The notes beneath the pieces were generated by a model that saw only the letters and a program-made list of their open reading frames with translations, had not been told where the DNA came from and made no database searches. A DNA stretch of 64,000 bases, taken from the NCBI RefSeq assembly GCF_964204645.1, contig NC_134025.1, positions 15,785,101-15,849,100 of the forward strand, written 5' to 3'. The position numbers and the translations under genes were made by a program. Of this stretch, positions 51,864 to 64,000 are shown in pieces. This DNA comes from Tubulanus polymorphus. Lineage: Eukaryota > Animalia > Nemertea. Positions within the stretch are counted from its first letter, which is position 1, and every line of letters begins with the position of its first letter.

Positions 51864-53049
51864 GGTTTATAAGTCGATGTTCAACTCCAGAATTGCTTAT
51901 TTCAGACAATGCTATGATAAACAGTTGCGATTGTTAGAACGATATGTTGGTCAGATGGGATGTCGATGGGAGTTCATCCCAAAAAGAGCTCCATGGTTTG
52001 GAGGATTCTATGAGCCACTGATTGGCCTAACGAAAACATGCCTGCGGAAAGTTCTCTAGCGATCTAAACTTTCTTTTATCGAATTAGAAACTCTCGTGAA
52101 TGACAGACCTATCACGGCAGTCGCTCATGGATTCTCCGATCCAAAACCGTTAACACCGGCGTTGGTATTTCAGGGTCGGTCAATAACATCTCTACCATAT
52201 CCAAAAGTTGAACTTTCGGATTCAGACTTTATTAGACAAAATACGAGTATGCAACTTGCATATTTATATGAACATTTTACGACAGATGGAAATCTGAGTA
52301 TCTTGTTTCTTTGAGAGTATTTCACAAACACACAGGGGTTCGCAGCCAATCTGTGAAAATTGGTGATATTGTTCTAATCGAGTCAGAATTTTTACCTCGA
52401 CCTCGTTGGAGCTGTCGCTGTTCGCTGTTATTACTGACTTAAAACAAAGCAGTGATGGTTTCGTTAGATCAGTTAGCCTAAGAACATCGAATGGGTTCAC
52501 AAACCGTCCAGTTTCGAAGCTGTTTCCTCTCGAAGTTTCAGCTTCAACCAAGTTCGTCTCCCCCGAGGTCTTCAGGTTAGAAGAAAATGTTTTGACTAAT
52601 AAACCACAAAGAGAATCGGCTAAAAAGCATCAGAGAAAATAAAAAATCTATTCGATGCTGGTATTGTTTAATGATAACGCATTAACACTGTTCAATACTA
52701 TGTTTGGTATATTCACTGTTTGTATAAAAGTGTTTTTTTCAAATTGAGATCTATTGTGTTAGAAAATAAGTTTGAAAGTGATGTATTGGTTTTTCTTTAA
52801 TTAATCTGATAAACTGTATTAAACTGCTCTAACATTTATGTTTTCGTTGCGCCTGGAGTGTCGGCATTTTACGCCGACTTCACGGTGTGTTTATTACTAT
52901 GAACACATGATCACGTGAGTGTCACGGTAGACTGAATAGGGCTGAAACTGTCTTAAAATACCGTTAGTATGAAAGAGACACGCAAGCTGTTAAATAAGTA
53001 TCTTCTATCGTTTGAAACCTGAGTCAGTTCCTTGTTCAATTGGATACCA

Positions 53050-53394
53050 AGGAATTCGCGAACAACGATGGGCCTGATTTTAGATGACCCTTTGCCCATT
53101 TGGTGGGCAACATCGCTGACCATGCTGGTCTCCATTTTATCTCGCGGCACTTTTATGTTGTCTACGAAGAAGTCGGTTGCTACTTTTCGGCAATTTTCGC
53201 CAGTTTCTTCCTCCATGTTGAAAATGACAACGTTCCTTTGCATCGATCTGCGTTTTAGATCGATGTTTTCTTGGTAGAGCTGCTCGATTTTAAGCTCAGC
53301 ACGTTCGAGACGCCAATTCAACCCGTTTGTCATGTCCAGAAGTTGAAATATTTGGTCATTGTTGGGTACTGTTGGCTGCAGGTCATTTTGCAGA
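53050..53394 (-). pseudogene. LINE ORF1-like fragment (coiled coil plus RRM-type)
   Basis: LERAELKIEQLYQENIDLKRRSMQRNVVIFNMEEETGENCRKVATDFF...VAHQMGK..KIRPIVVR matches the pattern of LINE ORF1 (L1/transposase_22-like) proteins. Confidence 0.65.
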
Positions 53395-53668
53395 GCTTTT
53401 CCCATCGATTTGAACGCTTTTGCGCATCCACATCTTCATTTTTTCGGATAAAATGAAAAATCGACGAGCAAACGTCTTTTCTCGCGCTAAACGACGTTTT
53501 CGGGCCGAAATGTGCTTTCCCAGTCGTTTTGATTGCTTTTGCGCATTGACATCTTCATGCTTCCGATAAAACGAAAATTCGACGAGCAAACGTCTTTTCT
53601 CGCACTGAACAACGTTTTCGGGCCGAAATGTGCTTTTCCCGTCGATTTGGGCGCTTTTGGATATCGAC
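53395..53668. repeat. Detached remnant of the 118-bp satellite (~2.3 diverged monomers, same orientation)
   Basis: GCTTTTCCCATCGATTTGAACGCTTTTGCGCATC...GAGCAAACGTCTTTTCTCGCGCTAAACGACGTTTTCGGGCCGAAATGTGC. Confidence 0.95.
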
Positions 53669-53673
53669 CGCAG

Positions 53674-56235
53674 TAGTCCAGGCTCCAAGTCTCAAAAACA
53701 CTCTAGAAATATGATTTCGCTTACCTGGAATACCTCAAAGCCCAAATTTCCATTGAAGAAAGATAAGATTCTCAAGCTTATTTGGGCAGATTTGTAACCC
53801 TGGGAACATAAGCCGGGCCGAGATATTGCGTTGCTAAGGTAACGTGCTGGAAAAATATATGCTGTAAGGAGGGTTTTTTAAACGGTGGATTACTCAAAAA
53901 GTATTGTAGATAAATTGAAAATTCTTAGACCTACCTATATATTATTGGGTATGGCCTTTCCGATAAAAGCAACAATGAACAGTTTCAACAATGCTATCAT
54001 GCCGAAATTTTACTTTTTATTCAAAATAACTTCATTTTCGCAGTAAGAAGCCCAAATAAGTTGTCAGTGCAGCCCAGTATGATAAAATATTTAACAAATG
54101 TATACATGTCATGTTAGCACGGGTCAATGGCTATCTGGTAGTAACAACATTTTGGGATACTTCCAACTGTCGCCATGGTGACGGGATGCTTAGGGAAAAC
54201 CATGAATTTTCATATAGTCATAGCTGGTTAAAAGTTTTATTGAATTAATTAGAATTACCTCGTCTATAAAATGGAATTGGGATATTTTTACAACATACCT
54301 GCTGACATGTTATCTGGACAACAATATTAAAGCAATTTTACAAGGATGTTACTATGGCAACGGTGCACTTTTTTGTATTTTACTGCAATTTGGGGGTTGA
54401 ATTCTTTTCTATGGACTTTTTTTACATAAAATTTACAATATCAGTCAGTAATTGAAAAAAGTGATTTAAGACCCTCTAAATTAATTTTTCGAATAATTAG
54501 TTATCATTAGTTATGGAGCCAGTTACTATAGAAACAACAGCCAATAAGTAATTGTTGATGATACCAAACATTCTTTTGATATATCTCCATAACCGAAAAT
54601 CCAAAAATCTTAATTTTGGTGTCAACTGATAGATTTTTATGGATAGTATCAATATAAATGCAATCAGTTTCTCATTTAAGATGATCAGTATATGAGTTTC
54701 ATACGATAGTCAGCCAGCCAATCATGGAAAATTCGACGATCACGGCATTTTTTGTTACAGCTTGGCATCTGGGCTCATTTGATAGCAGAGTATGTGGGCT
54801 ATCATGTGTGGTGGATGCCTTTTACAATTTTTTCGTTTTTTGGCCTACAGGGGGCGCTAAAGTCAGACATTTTGAAATTTAAACATCTTCATTCTCATTC
54901 GTCAAGGAAATACACTTTAAACTACTTTTGCTAAGGCCAAAAAAAATTGATACCTTGTTTCTCCGCTCTGTCTGCTGACCTTTTTTTAAAATCGTGATCA
55001 ATTTCACCAAAATAGACCCGGCCGCTATAGAAATGAACTGTTTATAAATTTTATCATATTTTACAAAAATGACCCGGCCGCTGCGGAGAAACAAGGTATC
55101 ATTTTTGTTTAGCCTAAATAATTCGAATATCTCATCTTGGGTTTGGAGTAATTTTGAATGTTTTTGGGATTTCACCCCATTCGATGCCCTCCTTTATAAT
55201 GTTGTGAATCAGTCCTCGTCAGCATCACCATCGTTATCATCATCGGCATCATGCAAAACCTTATTCCTATTAGAACAATCTTCCACAGGACATCCGCAAG
55301 CATCGGTGCATTGTATTCCATGCCTCATACAATTGCATCGAGCTGAATCACAAATCTTACAGTTACATATCGTCAATTCCAGTATATCAGATGGTATCAC
55401 TTCCTTATTGGTGTAAACACATACTAATTCATTGTCTTGCATTTTCCATCCATGGCCAATAGGACTTGGGATTGTCGTTCCTCCGATGGACGACTTCCAT
55501 ACAAACATCTGGTAGTTTGCCCGTTTGACGTGTAAGTGGTATGCATCGCTTGTTGGTGGTAGTGTTTCCATTGCTCCTTTACGGCAAAACATACGGTAAC
55601 GCACTTCATCGAGGCGTTTTGCATTTTTTGAATAGCAGCTTGACAGTTATTTTTCACATGCTTCCACAGTTTCTGTATCAATAACTAAGCTATCTCCCAG
55701 GTTTTTTATTTGTACAAATTCATTGACGTTTTCTTGAACAAACTTCCACTGCTTGACTTTACCTATTCCTCGAACTGCAGAAACGTTGTCACAACCTGAT
55801 AACGCGTGGATTGGCATCAAGAATGGTACACTTTCGCCAAGGCTACTAACAATTTTGTGTATGGCATACGTCGCTTTCTTCATTTTAATGTACAATTCTG
55901 TGATGTTGACAGTTTGGTAAAAGTGAACAAGCAAGAAAAACACGTCAGTGTCTACGGAGTTAACCAATACTGAAGATGAATGCATAACAGATAAATGTCT
56001 AATGATTCTTCCATCAGCTTCTTCAATAGCGCAGCAAAGTTGGGGTTCTTCTTCGATGGTTCCATCTGCGATTTTATAACATTTACCATTACTTGTAAAT
56101 CCACCAAGAACTAATTTCCTACCCCTCGTATCTTTCACAGCTAATGTTTCAAAAACACCCAATAAGAATTTCATGAGGGTCCCTTTGTTGTTGTTATTTG
56201 CGATGTATCTCTCCCTTTGTTGTTGTTATTCGCGA
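53674..56235 (-). mobile_element. Academ(X)-like DNA transposon, 3' portion with XPG-like nuclease and Cys-rich tail
   Basis: ORFs 55647..56174 (EEADGRIIRH, SVDTDVFFLL, HALSGCDNVSAVRGIGKVK; FEN1/XPG-type motifs) and 55209..55604 (LPPTSDAYHLHVKRANYQ, GHGW, CNCKICDSARCNC..GIQCTDACGC). Candidate terminus TAG at 53674; outer boundaries uncertain. Confidence 0.65.
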
Positions 56236-57237
56236 CCAACACCTAGTTGACGTATAGCATATGCTAACCCTACATGCTACAACCCTTCGCTGCTCAGACT
56301 GGAATGAGCTACTAGCTGGGGTTTTGTCCGATCATATTGAAATAGTATTTGACATCAAATTTTATGAATATTACGGATCATAAGGCGCGTTCACACGATG
56401 TTGTTTAGACCGGTCAAAATTTAGTCCGGTCCAGTTTTAGACCAGACCAAGTGTTCTAATTGGCAAAAATTCTGTTCCAAATTGGTCCGGTCCATTTTAG
56501 GCCAGTCTAATTTGGACCGACTTAAAAGAGCGAACCAGGTCCTGTCTAAAGTGTGGACAGATACTGGTACAATGCTGTATGAATTCAATTGTATTAAACT
56601 CGTCACCAATTCGTCATCAAGCATTATAGTTTTTAGATTTCATATAGTTTCTATATTGCCTAAAAATTAATGTATAGACTAATGAATTATTATTTATCTT
56701 AAAATCTCCGCGTGCATTGCTCGCGGAGTATATATCCGTTTTAATTATTCTGAAAATTACCTAAAATCTATCATATAGGCCTATTGATGTGTCCAGATAA
56801 TATGATAAACTGCAATCATCATTTAGATATAAATGTCGGGTAAAATACTTATGGCGACATCTTGCGGGCCCAATCATAACAACCTGTAGCCAATTTTACA
56901 GGGACTCGTATTTGAAGTTTGGGGGGTGAACTATTGCATAGATCATCCAATATCTAGAAAAGGGTGGAAACTCGTATACAGATACTTCCATTTAAATTCG
57001 CTATTCCTCCTAAAATATCCAAAGGATTTCCGTGAAATCTGTTTTTAATTGTTCAAAAATCATTTTTTTTCTCGATATGTCTACTTATATCTACTATATC
57101 AGCCGACCAATAAGTCATGGTTGTAATACGATAAGTCTGACGAGGACCAAGGTAAGCAGAAAAACCTTAGGTTCCGGAATCTTACGACATTACGCCACAT
57201 TGCGAACATACCGACAAAACGAAATACCGACAAATCC

Positions 57238-57500
57238 GTGCGTGGATTACCCTTATATAAAGTGGCTGGGATCGAGGGGCCTTGTGGTGCGTGGATTACA
57301 CTTATATAAAGTGGATGGAATCGAGGGGCTGCGTGTTTGCGTGGATTACTCTTATATAAAGTGGCTGGGATCGAGGGCCGTGTGGTGCGTGGATTTCCCT
57401 TATATAAAGTGGCTGGAATCGAGGGGCTGTGTGTTTGCGTGGATTACTCTTATATAAAGTGGCTAGGATCGAGGGGCTGGGTATGTATCTGGATTACCCT
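57238..57500. repeat. Minisatellite, ~50-bp unit, ~5 copies
   Basis: GCGTGGATTACTCTTATATAAAGTGGCTGGGATCGAGGGGCTGTGTGTTT repeated with variants. Confidence 0.92.
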
Positions 57501-59188
57501 TGTATTATTTACTTGCAATACAATATTGACTATGCGAATAACAATAATATCATACATTACAAGTACGTTACACCATAATATCTTGATAAGGGTAATAAAA
57601 TCGATTTATATAATGCGACGGTGTATTATTTTGTTGAAAAACTACAGAGGTTAAAAATTAAGTCGCCATATTGGAGTTAACCTGCAGGGGCACTGCAAAT
57701 ATTTTATTTCGTATGAGCAATCGAAATACATCTATGTTAATAGTTGGATAATCAAATAACGACCAAAAATAATTTCTCAAAGTCAAAGATAGTCAAATTC
57801 AAATTTTCATAAATTTATTGTCGGCCATTTTGAACTATGGGCTCATAGAAGGCGCTGTGAAAAGTTTTCCTTAAGTAAGCCCATCTTTACCGTTTTAATG
57901 GCAAAACCAGACTCAAAATTAAATACTCTTGTTCTAAATACTTTGTTGTAACATCACATTTTTCTACTCATCATTCTATTTTTGCAATGTATATTTCTCC
58001 ATTTGAGTAGTTGAATAAACAATAATCCATGATGACGGTATGGTTTTATTACAATAAACTCTTTCATATAAAATTCGCATTGTGTGACTTCTTCATTTAC
58101 ATTTCTCCATGTCTAATAAACTGCGGCTATAAGTATCTACTCAATATACATGTTCTCTTTTGTCGATTTTATTCAAACCTTGATGGTCATTAGAGATAGA
58201 GGGAGAGAGAGTCCAAATGTCTTTTGATTTTAATTTTTCAATAATAAAATTCGCTTTAAATCTTTTAAGCTGCTCATACGCTGGTCCTATCAAGGCCTAC
58301 ACCTGGTATGTACTTTCAAAACTGACTGTGCCACCCGATGTCCTCCAAAAGGTTGAAATAGAAATTAGTAAATACTATATTCGAGTCAATTCATTTTCTA
58401 AATTTCTTGCAGTATGCTTCAAGAAAGGACAATTGATTGGTTGCATGGAAATAAGTCGTTTTCGTTCAATTGAAGCCATTCTTTCGTACAATATCGTGCA
58501 TATAGGACTCTATAGCACCTCAATTAGTTGCAGGATATTTCTTTTTAGAAATTGACCTCTTCTCGACTTAATATGTTGGTTTCTCAGCAGCACTTAACAT
58601 TGTTTCAGGATTCAAGTCGATATCAGAATTAGGTGTACGTATTTAACACAGTTGTTAAACATCATCTGCTGTCTGTGATCCAATTTTCAGTTCTCCTTGG
58701 GTATTTGATATGAAGTGGCTGACCCAGTTTGGTACGTTCGAACTGCCAGGCTTATTATATCGCCGTTTAATATGTCTTCTTGGTTTCTGCACACTCAGTC
58801 TAGATTCTGTAATGGTACATTTATCGTCAAAAGTAGAAGTAAATACTGAAGTCACCAACTGTTGTGGTTATAAGATACTAACAACGTCAGGAATAAAATA
58901 TAAACAAAGTGAACTCAAGAAAACGCCAGACACTTCCAGTCATCGAAGAAATGACTAATCCACCATATTTAACCATCTTGATCTTATAAATAGTCACTGA
59001 TTGAAAAATCATACATTAAATACAAAATTATTACGACTTTATTCCCAGCCTTAAGAACTGATATCGAACAACTTCTTGCCAAACAATAATCTGATCCTAT
59101 GCGATCTTTTAATGGTGACCCTTTAATGTGCAGGCAATCATTTTGAATACAAACTCGGTACGAGAGTTTAACCATATCAGCCACTAAA

Positions 59189-59217
59189 TAACAACAATAA
59201 TAATAATGACGACGGCG

Positions 59218-59275
<58 letters not shown>

Positions 59276-59283
59276 TGATAATC
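59189..59283. repeat. (AAT)n microsatellite
   Basis: Long ATAATAATA run at 59218-59272 with imperfect flanks. Confidence 0.95.
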
Positions 59284-59324
59284 AACAGAATAAAACGACG
59301 GTTTCTGCGAGAGGAACAGAAACC

Positions 59325-59745
59325 CTAATAATGTGATTTATATAGCGCTAAATCCAGCAAAGCTCCTCAGAGCACTTAGCATGTGATAAAATGCCTCCTT
59401 AAAAAGAAAGCACGTCATTGATCTGTTTGGAAAGCAGTTGAATGCTTCCTAAACTGATCGAAGGAAGTGATTGCCCACAGACTAACCGGAGACTTGTTCC
59501 ATAATCTTGGGGCACTGGTGGAAAGGGCCCAACCACCGTTAAGACTAACTATGTAACAAGGAACAACTAACGAAACCTGATTGGCTGACCGAGGTACACG
59601 TGATGGAAAAGAAAGCGCAACGAGTTCAGATAAGTATAAAGTGACAAATTCTGTACAGCCTGAAAGAATAGCATAATTACTCCGTAACGGATGTAATATT
59701 CAACTGGTAGCCAGTGTAGATCATGCAGAACATTATTAGCTAGCA
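59325..59745 (-). mobile_element. L2/CR1-group LINE 3' end fragment
   Basis: Minus-strand peptide VLHDLHWLPVEYYIRY (typical LHWLP motif) and 3' tail AGCGCTATATAAATCACATTATTA. Confidence 0.75.
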
Positions 59746-60659
59746 GTACCTTGTCTATGAAAAAACTGTAAGATACTATGGATTGGAGGAATTTTAAAAG
59801 CAAAGTTTACAATCATGTCAATGATTCATTGATAAGTTGTGAAGATTCTGGATAAAAAGGGCAAGGTTTTGGGTTTCACGTATGCATTGTTTCAATCAGC
59901 GACTATTCATGATTCACGTGAAATTTGGTGAAATGACCTATCTCCCATTTTTGGGTGACCTGAATGAAGAACATTGATCCCAAATTGATAAAAAATGGCC
60001 ACCATAATTGACCATTTCATGGAAGTGTAGGCATTTTCCCACCGACCCGTACGGGCAAAATGATTGGCTCCGTTTGACCCCCCAGTACGAGTTTTCAAAT
60101 TCATTATTCACAATTCCCAGACATAATTGTAACTTACTACAGGTTCCCAAGGATAGTGTTTCTCTATTCACCTCTTCGTCACTAGGGTCTTCATCACAAT
60201 CTGATGAAGGTAAAACCTCGATCTGAAATGCCAATACATAAGATATCTAAGTTATTACTTGCATTTTGGATACATCCACGCTGGGGCATTTTTCATGACA
60301 ACGGTGATCAAATTTAAGTGTATTTAAGATATTATTGATTATACAACTCAACGATTTGGAAAAAATAGAAACTTAAGAGTCGAACCATAGGTTTTCTGAT
60401 CTGCCCTGTCTGAATATCACCTTTTCGAATCGATTCAAGTTCATAGTGAATTTGGAGGTGTTATAAACCACAAATGTTGAAATGAGCATTGGGTTTTCAT
60501 AACATATGTCCCGGCAGGTTTTAGTTAGGTTAGGTTAGTTATGAATTAGGATCCATTACACAGTTGTGAGTTAAAATTTGAGAGTTTACTTATTGAAAAT
60601 GAACTTATTTTAACCCAGAATTAACTCTAACTTAGAACTGTGGAACCGGAGCCTGGTTA

Positions 60660-62290
60660 CGGTAAAATAGAAAATATAGATCTAAGAAACATTAAATTTC
60701 AATAAATTACCGACATTTTATGATAATTTAAAATAAGAAAATAGTAATGGTTGGATTTATTTTATTTTAGAAAATAGTGAAGGTTTTACAAAATCAGGTA
60801 TGCAAACAATAAATAAATTTCTTAGAATTTATTCAATTTGCATTTTAGGATCACAAGTTGAAACAAGATCATCGATAATTGGAAATTTAAATACTTCACT
60901 TGATACATAAAAACAATTTAAACTTCTATTTGAAGATTCGATTCATAATGATAAAAATGGATCAATTCCAATACATATTATAAGATATCAAAATTATTTA
61001 GATAAATCTCATCTAAGATTAAATTATTATATTGGACCAAATTTATTAATTATTTCTAATGATTTAATTTCAAAAATGGGAAATATAATTGGTTATGATG
61101 ATTCAATTAAAACTGCAACAATAAATAATTCATTTGGGTTCAATGATATTAATAAAAAGATTATTACTGCTCCAAAATTAATGGAAGGTGAGAAAAATAA
61201 AAACATATTCAATCAACTGAAATTAAAACTAAAAACATTAAATTAGATAATGATTCTAAATGAAAAAAAAATAACAATTCATCAGAAAATATAAAAACTG
61301 ATAATACTCAACATGAAATAATTAAAAGTAATAATAACAAATCACATGGAAATACTAAATTAGCTATAACTTGTATAGGAATTGTAATAGGAGGAATATT
61401 ATATTTTAAATTTTAAATTTCTCATCATATAAATGGATGTAGAAGGTGAAGAAGATATTGGAATGGATACTTTCAATGGAGCTGATATAACCTGAACAAC
61501 CACCTGATTTTACTGACAGAAGTTTTAATGATTATAATTTAGCAGATACTGGTTCTCATAATCCAGGGGGATTTGATAAAACAAATAAATCGAGAATCTA
61601 TCCTAAAAATGATAATCTAGATTTAATAAACAAGATTTAGACAATAATAAATTAATTCATCATTTTAAACCTATATTTGAAAAATCTGGGTATGATATAG
61701 ATGATATAGGTGCGCAATATTTAGCACCAAAATTGAAATTTTTAGTTGGTGAATATTATTATCGTTTGAAATATGATTATTATATCAATATCACTTATAA
61801 AAATCAAATAGAATATTAGCACAATCAACTTTGAGTAATTTAGAGCCGTCTAGAATTAAAAGAATGATTAATAATGATGTAATAACTGATGTTACAAAAC
61901 AAGAAGTAGATCAAAGTAAAAGAGTACTTAAACAAAAAATTGATGAATTATTCCATTATTAATGAAAATTTAGAAACAGAAACAACTTCTAAGCAGAATA
62001 TAACTTCTAAAACTAATAAACCTGAATCAAATAAAGTTCCAATTGAAAAACTTTCTCAAAATGGATTATTTGATGCAACAAATCAAGAATTAGAAGATTT
62101 AGATATAATTTCTGGTAAAGCAATTAGAGAAATAAAAAGAATAGGAAATTGAAGCTGATAAAATTGCACTTAATGAAATAATTAGAGATCATAAAACTAA
62201 AACTTTAGAAGATGAATTATCTAAATTTAATCATGAATTATAACAATTAAAATTAGATAGAGATATCAAAGTAATTAATGAATCTCAATA
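60660..62290 (+). mobile_element. Second, more decayed Polinton fragment, inverted relative to the first
   Basis: Reverse-complement similarity to ~34300-35940: GAAAATAGTGAAGGTTTTAC, GAAGATTCGATTCATAATGATAAAAAT, ATTACTGCTCCAAAATTAATGGAAGGTGA, ACTTGTATAGGAATTGTAAT, then a TAAATG start at 61433 in the same gene order; many stops. Confidence 0.88.
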
Positions 62291-64000
62291 AGAATTTCTG
62301 TGAAGAAACAGAAAACCCTAATGAATCATTGAACACAGCGCACACTATAAATCGTTGTGTCATATGCCTTGAGTATCAGTCTTCGCGCTAGAAATGATGA
62401 TATAAACCTATTCAATTGTGCACCAATTTTGTTTGTGAAGTAACGCGCACCAGCTGATCCGGGTTCAACACAAAGCGTCGATCTTGGCGATATCAAGTTC
62501 TTCCGACGCAAAATAGCATTGAATTTTCACATGTGTAATATTGGACAGTTAAAGATGCTGCATAAAAACGTGCTCAGACAAATCGAATTTTTGAAACGTT
62601 TGGTAAATTTCTAAAAAAATATGAACCCCACGGCTTTTAACTCTGCGCTCCATAAAGAAAAACCAATTACGAAATAAATTTTTGCTTTATCCGTTCAATT
62701 CGCCTATTAGTAGTGAAATTACAGGCTACTGAAATTACGTTTGAGTGTCCTAAAAATAACTTTTAGCGTAGTGTATTAAGCATACGAATGAGCCAATTAT
62801 CACCGACCTTTCATGGGGAATATGTGAGCAAGCAGCGAATGAGTGTATGATAGGTTGTGAATTTTTGGAGAGACATCCAACTTAAATTAAGTGTTGATAC
62901 TCGGAGAAACCACCAAGGTAATTTTTGTCTTTATTGCATTTAGAACAGATTAGAACCTTAAAGAGTGACAACTTGACCCGTAAACTCTGACATACAACAT
63001 ATTTTCTGATCCACAATTAGAGTAATCAAGTTTCTTTCCAGGGATACCATAGCAATGGAGATATTCTTTCAAATCATTAGGTTATAGGTAATCTTGATAT
63101 TGTTGTTAGTATCTAAGTACCTTTATAGGAGATTTTGGCTCATCTGCACTGTGATGTACACTAAGGTTATGGGTCTTGACAGCGAAAGAAGTTTCTCCGC
63201 CATTCTCATGCTCTGCATTTAATGAGTCAGAAGTCTTCATTCTTGGCCTAAAGAAAAGATAACAATTATGAAATATAGCTGCAAAGCAGCGATAACGGGT
63301 TTCTGCATTGTTGGATTAAATGTAGTACAAGGAGGCTTGCAGATGATTTCACTGAAATCAGTTCATAACGTACCGCAATTTTGAAGGAGCGTGAGCTAGG
63401 GGTCAGCACGGCATGGATACGTTGACCAACGTGGCTAAGTGCAAAGTACTAATTTACCAGGTTTAGGGAAAATAACTTCGAAAATAACTGAGATACGGCG
63501 TTTTTACCATTCCCCAGTGGCAGTTGCATAAACTTATTTAGCTGGTTAGCATACTATTCATATGTATATGTACTCACACCAGGTTTTGTGATATTGATAA
63601 TAAAATGGCTGAATTACACGCGAAAAACTGAAGCTAGTACGAGTTTCGAAAATCAACGCCCCCTAGTAGTTAGAATAGGAACTAATTATGTGAGGGGTTC
63701 GTTGTATCTTATATCCAGGTACACGAGTGTGAATTTTCATAAGAATCCCTTCATTCGCCTAGTAGATATCAATGAAAATGAATTTCCAGCAACTTGTAGG
63801 TGGCGCTACTGGAGAACCATATGAGTTACCTACTAAAACCATACATCAATACAAGTGTCTTGTAAAGAAAGGGCTACTAACCACCATTGCAACCACGACT
63901 ATATCGCCAATGGTTAAGAACCTAGGAGCAAAAATCTGTGTTTTTGCAGTCCCCGGATGGCAGTTGTATGAACTAATCATGCAGGTTGGCATATTACACA

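Larger units (their letters stand above)
45738..52950 (+). mobile_element. BEL/Pao LTR retrotransposon, 5'-truncated and decayed (RT end, RNase H, integrase, start of 3' LTR), with nested insertions
   Basis: NLYVDNLILS...MRSWSSN at 45738. ORF 46034..46942 has YDPLGIFAP, VFADASERAYGAV, SVPRLELLSA, WSDN, NPADLLSRG, LWRKGPPWL. Integrase Zn region HWIPRVRQLVK|KLIHQCVSCKR spans the HINE; core WEFIPKRAPWFGGFYEPLIGLTK, NDRPIT; C-terminal DGFVRSVSLRT..NRPVSKLFPLE. Probable LTR start TGTCGGCATTTTACGCCGAC at 52859. Confidence 0.92.

Noticed and set aside
56381-56560. Possible Harbinger-type MITE end (TAA GGCGCGTTCACAC)
   Set aside because: No convincing matching terminus or target duplication found.
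57032-57654. ORFs with repeated DYPYIKWLGSRG
   Set aside because: Translations of the ~50-bp minisatellite.
60520-60542. TTAGG-like telomeric repeat
   Set aside because: Only two or three imperfect units.
62300-64000. Probable further non-autonomous repeats and short ORFs (62326, 63588)
   Set aside because: No recognisable domains or verifiable termini within the window.

Overview
Eukaryotic, probably invertebrate animal, repeat-rich DNA with no recognisable host genes. Bases 1-32783 are a CpG-rich 118-bp satellite array with multi-scale higher-order repeats; the hundreds of short ORFs there are artefacts. The array abuts a decayed, very AT-rich Polinton/Maverick (adintovirus-like) endogenous virus (32784-~45736). 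It encodes a truncated major capsid protein, several membrane-type proteins, a penton-like protein, a zinc-finger gene split by a piggyBac-type MITE, and a protein-primed DNA polymerase B. The most striking feature is a ~352-codon intein with two LAGLIDADG motifs inserted exactly in polymerase motif C (YFD^TDA). Nearly every viral gene also starts at a poxvirus-late-promoter-like motif (T-run...TAAATG). The virus sits in a BEL/Pao retrotransposon that carries further nested insertions (possible solo LTR, Helentron-type HINE, Mutator-like element). Downstream are a LINE ORF1 fragment, a short satellite remnant, an Academ-like transposon fragment, mini/microsatellites, an L2 3' end and a second, inverted Polinton fragment (~60660-62290). 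All family assignments come from motif recognition by eye, not database searches.
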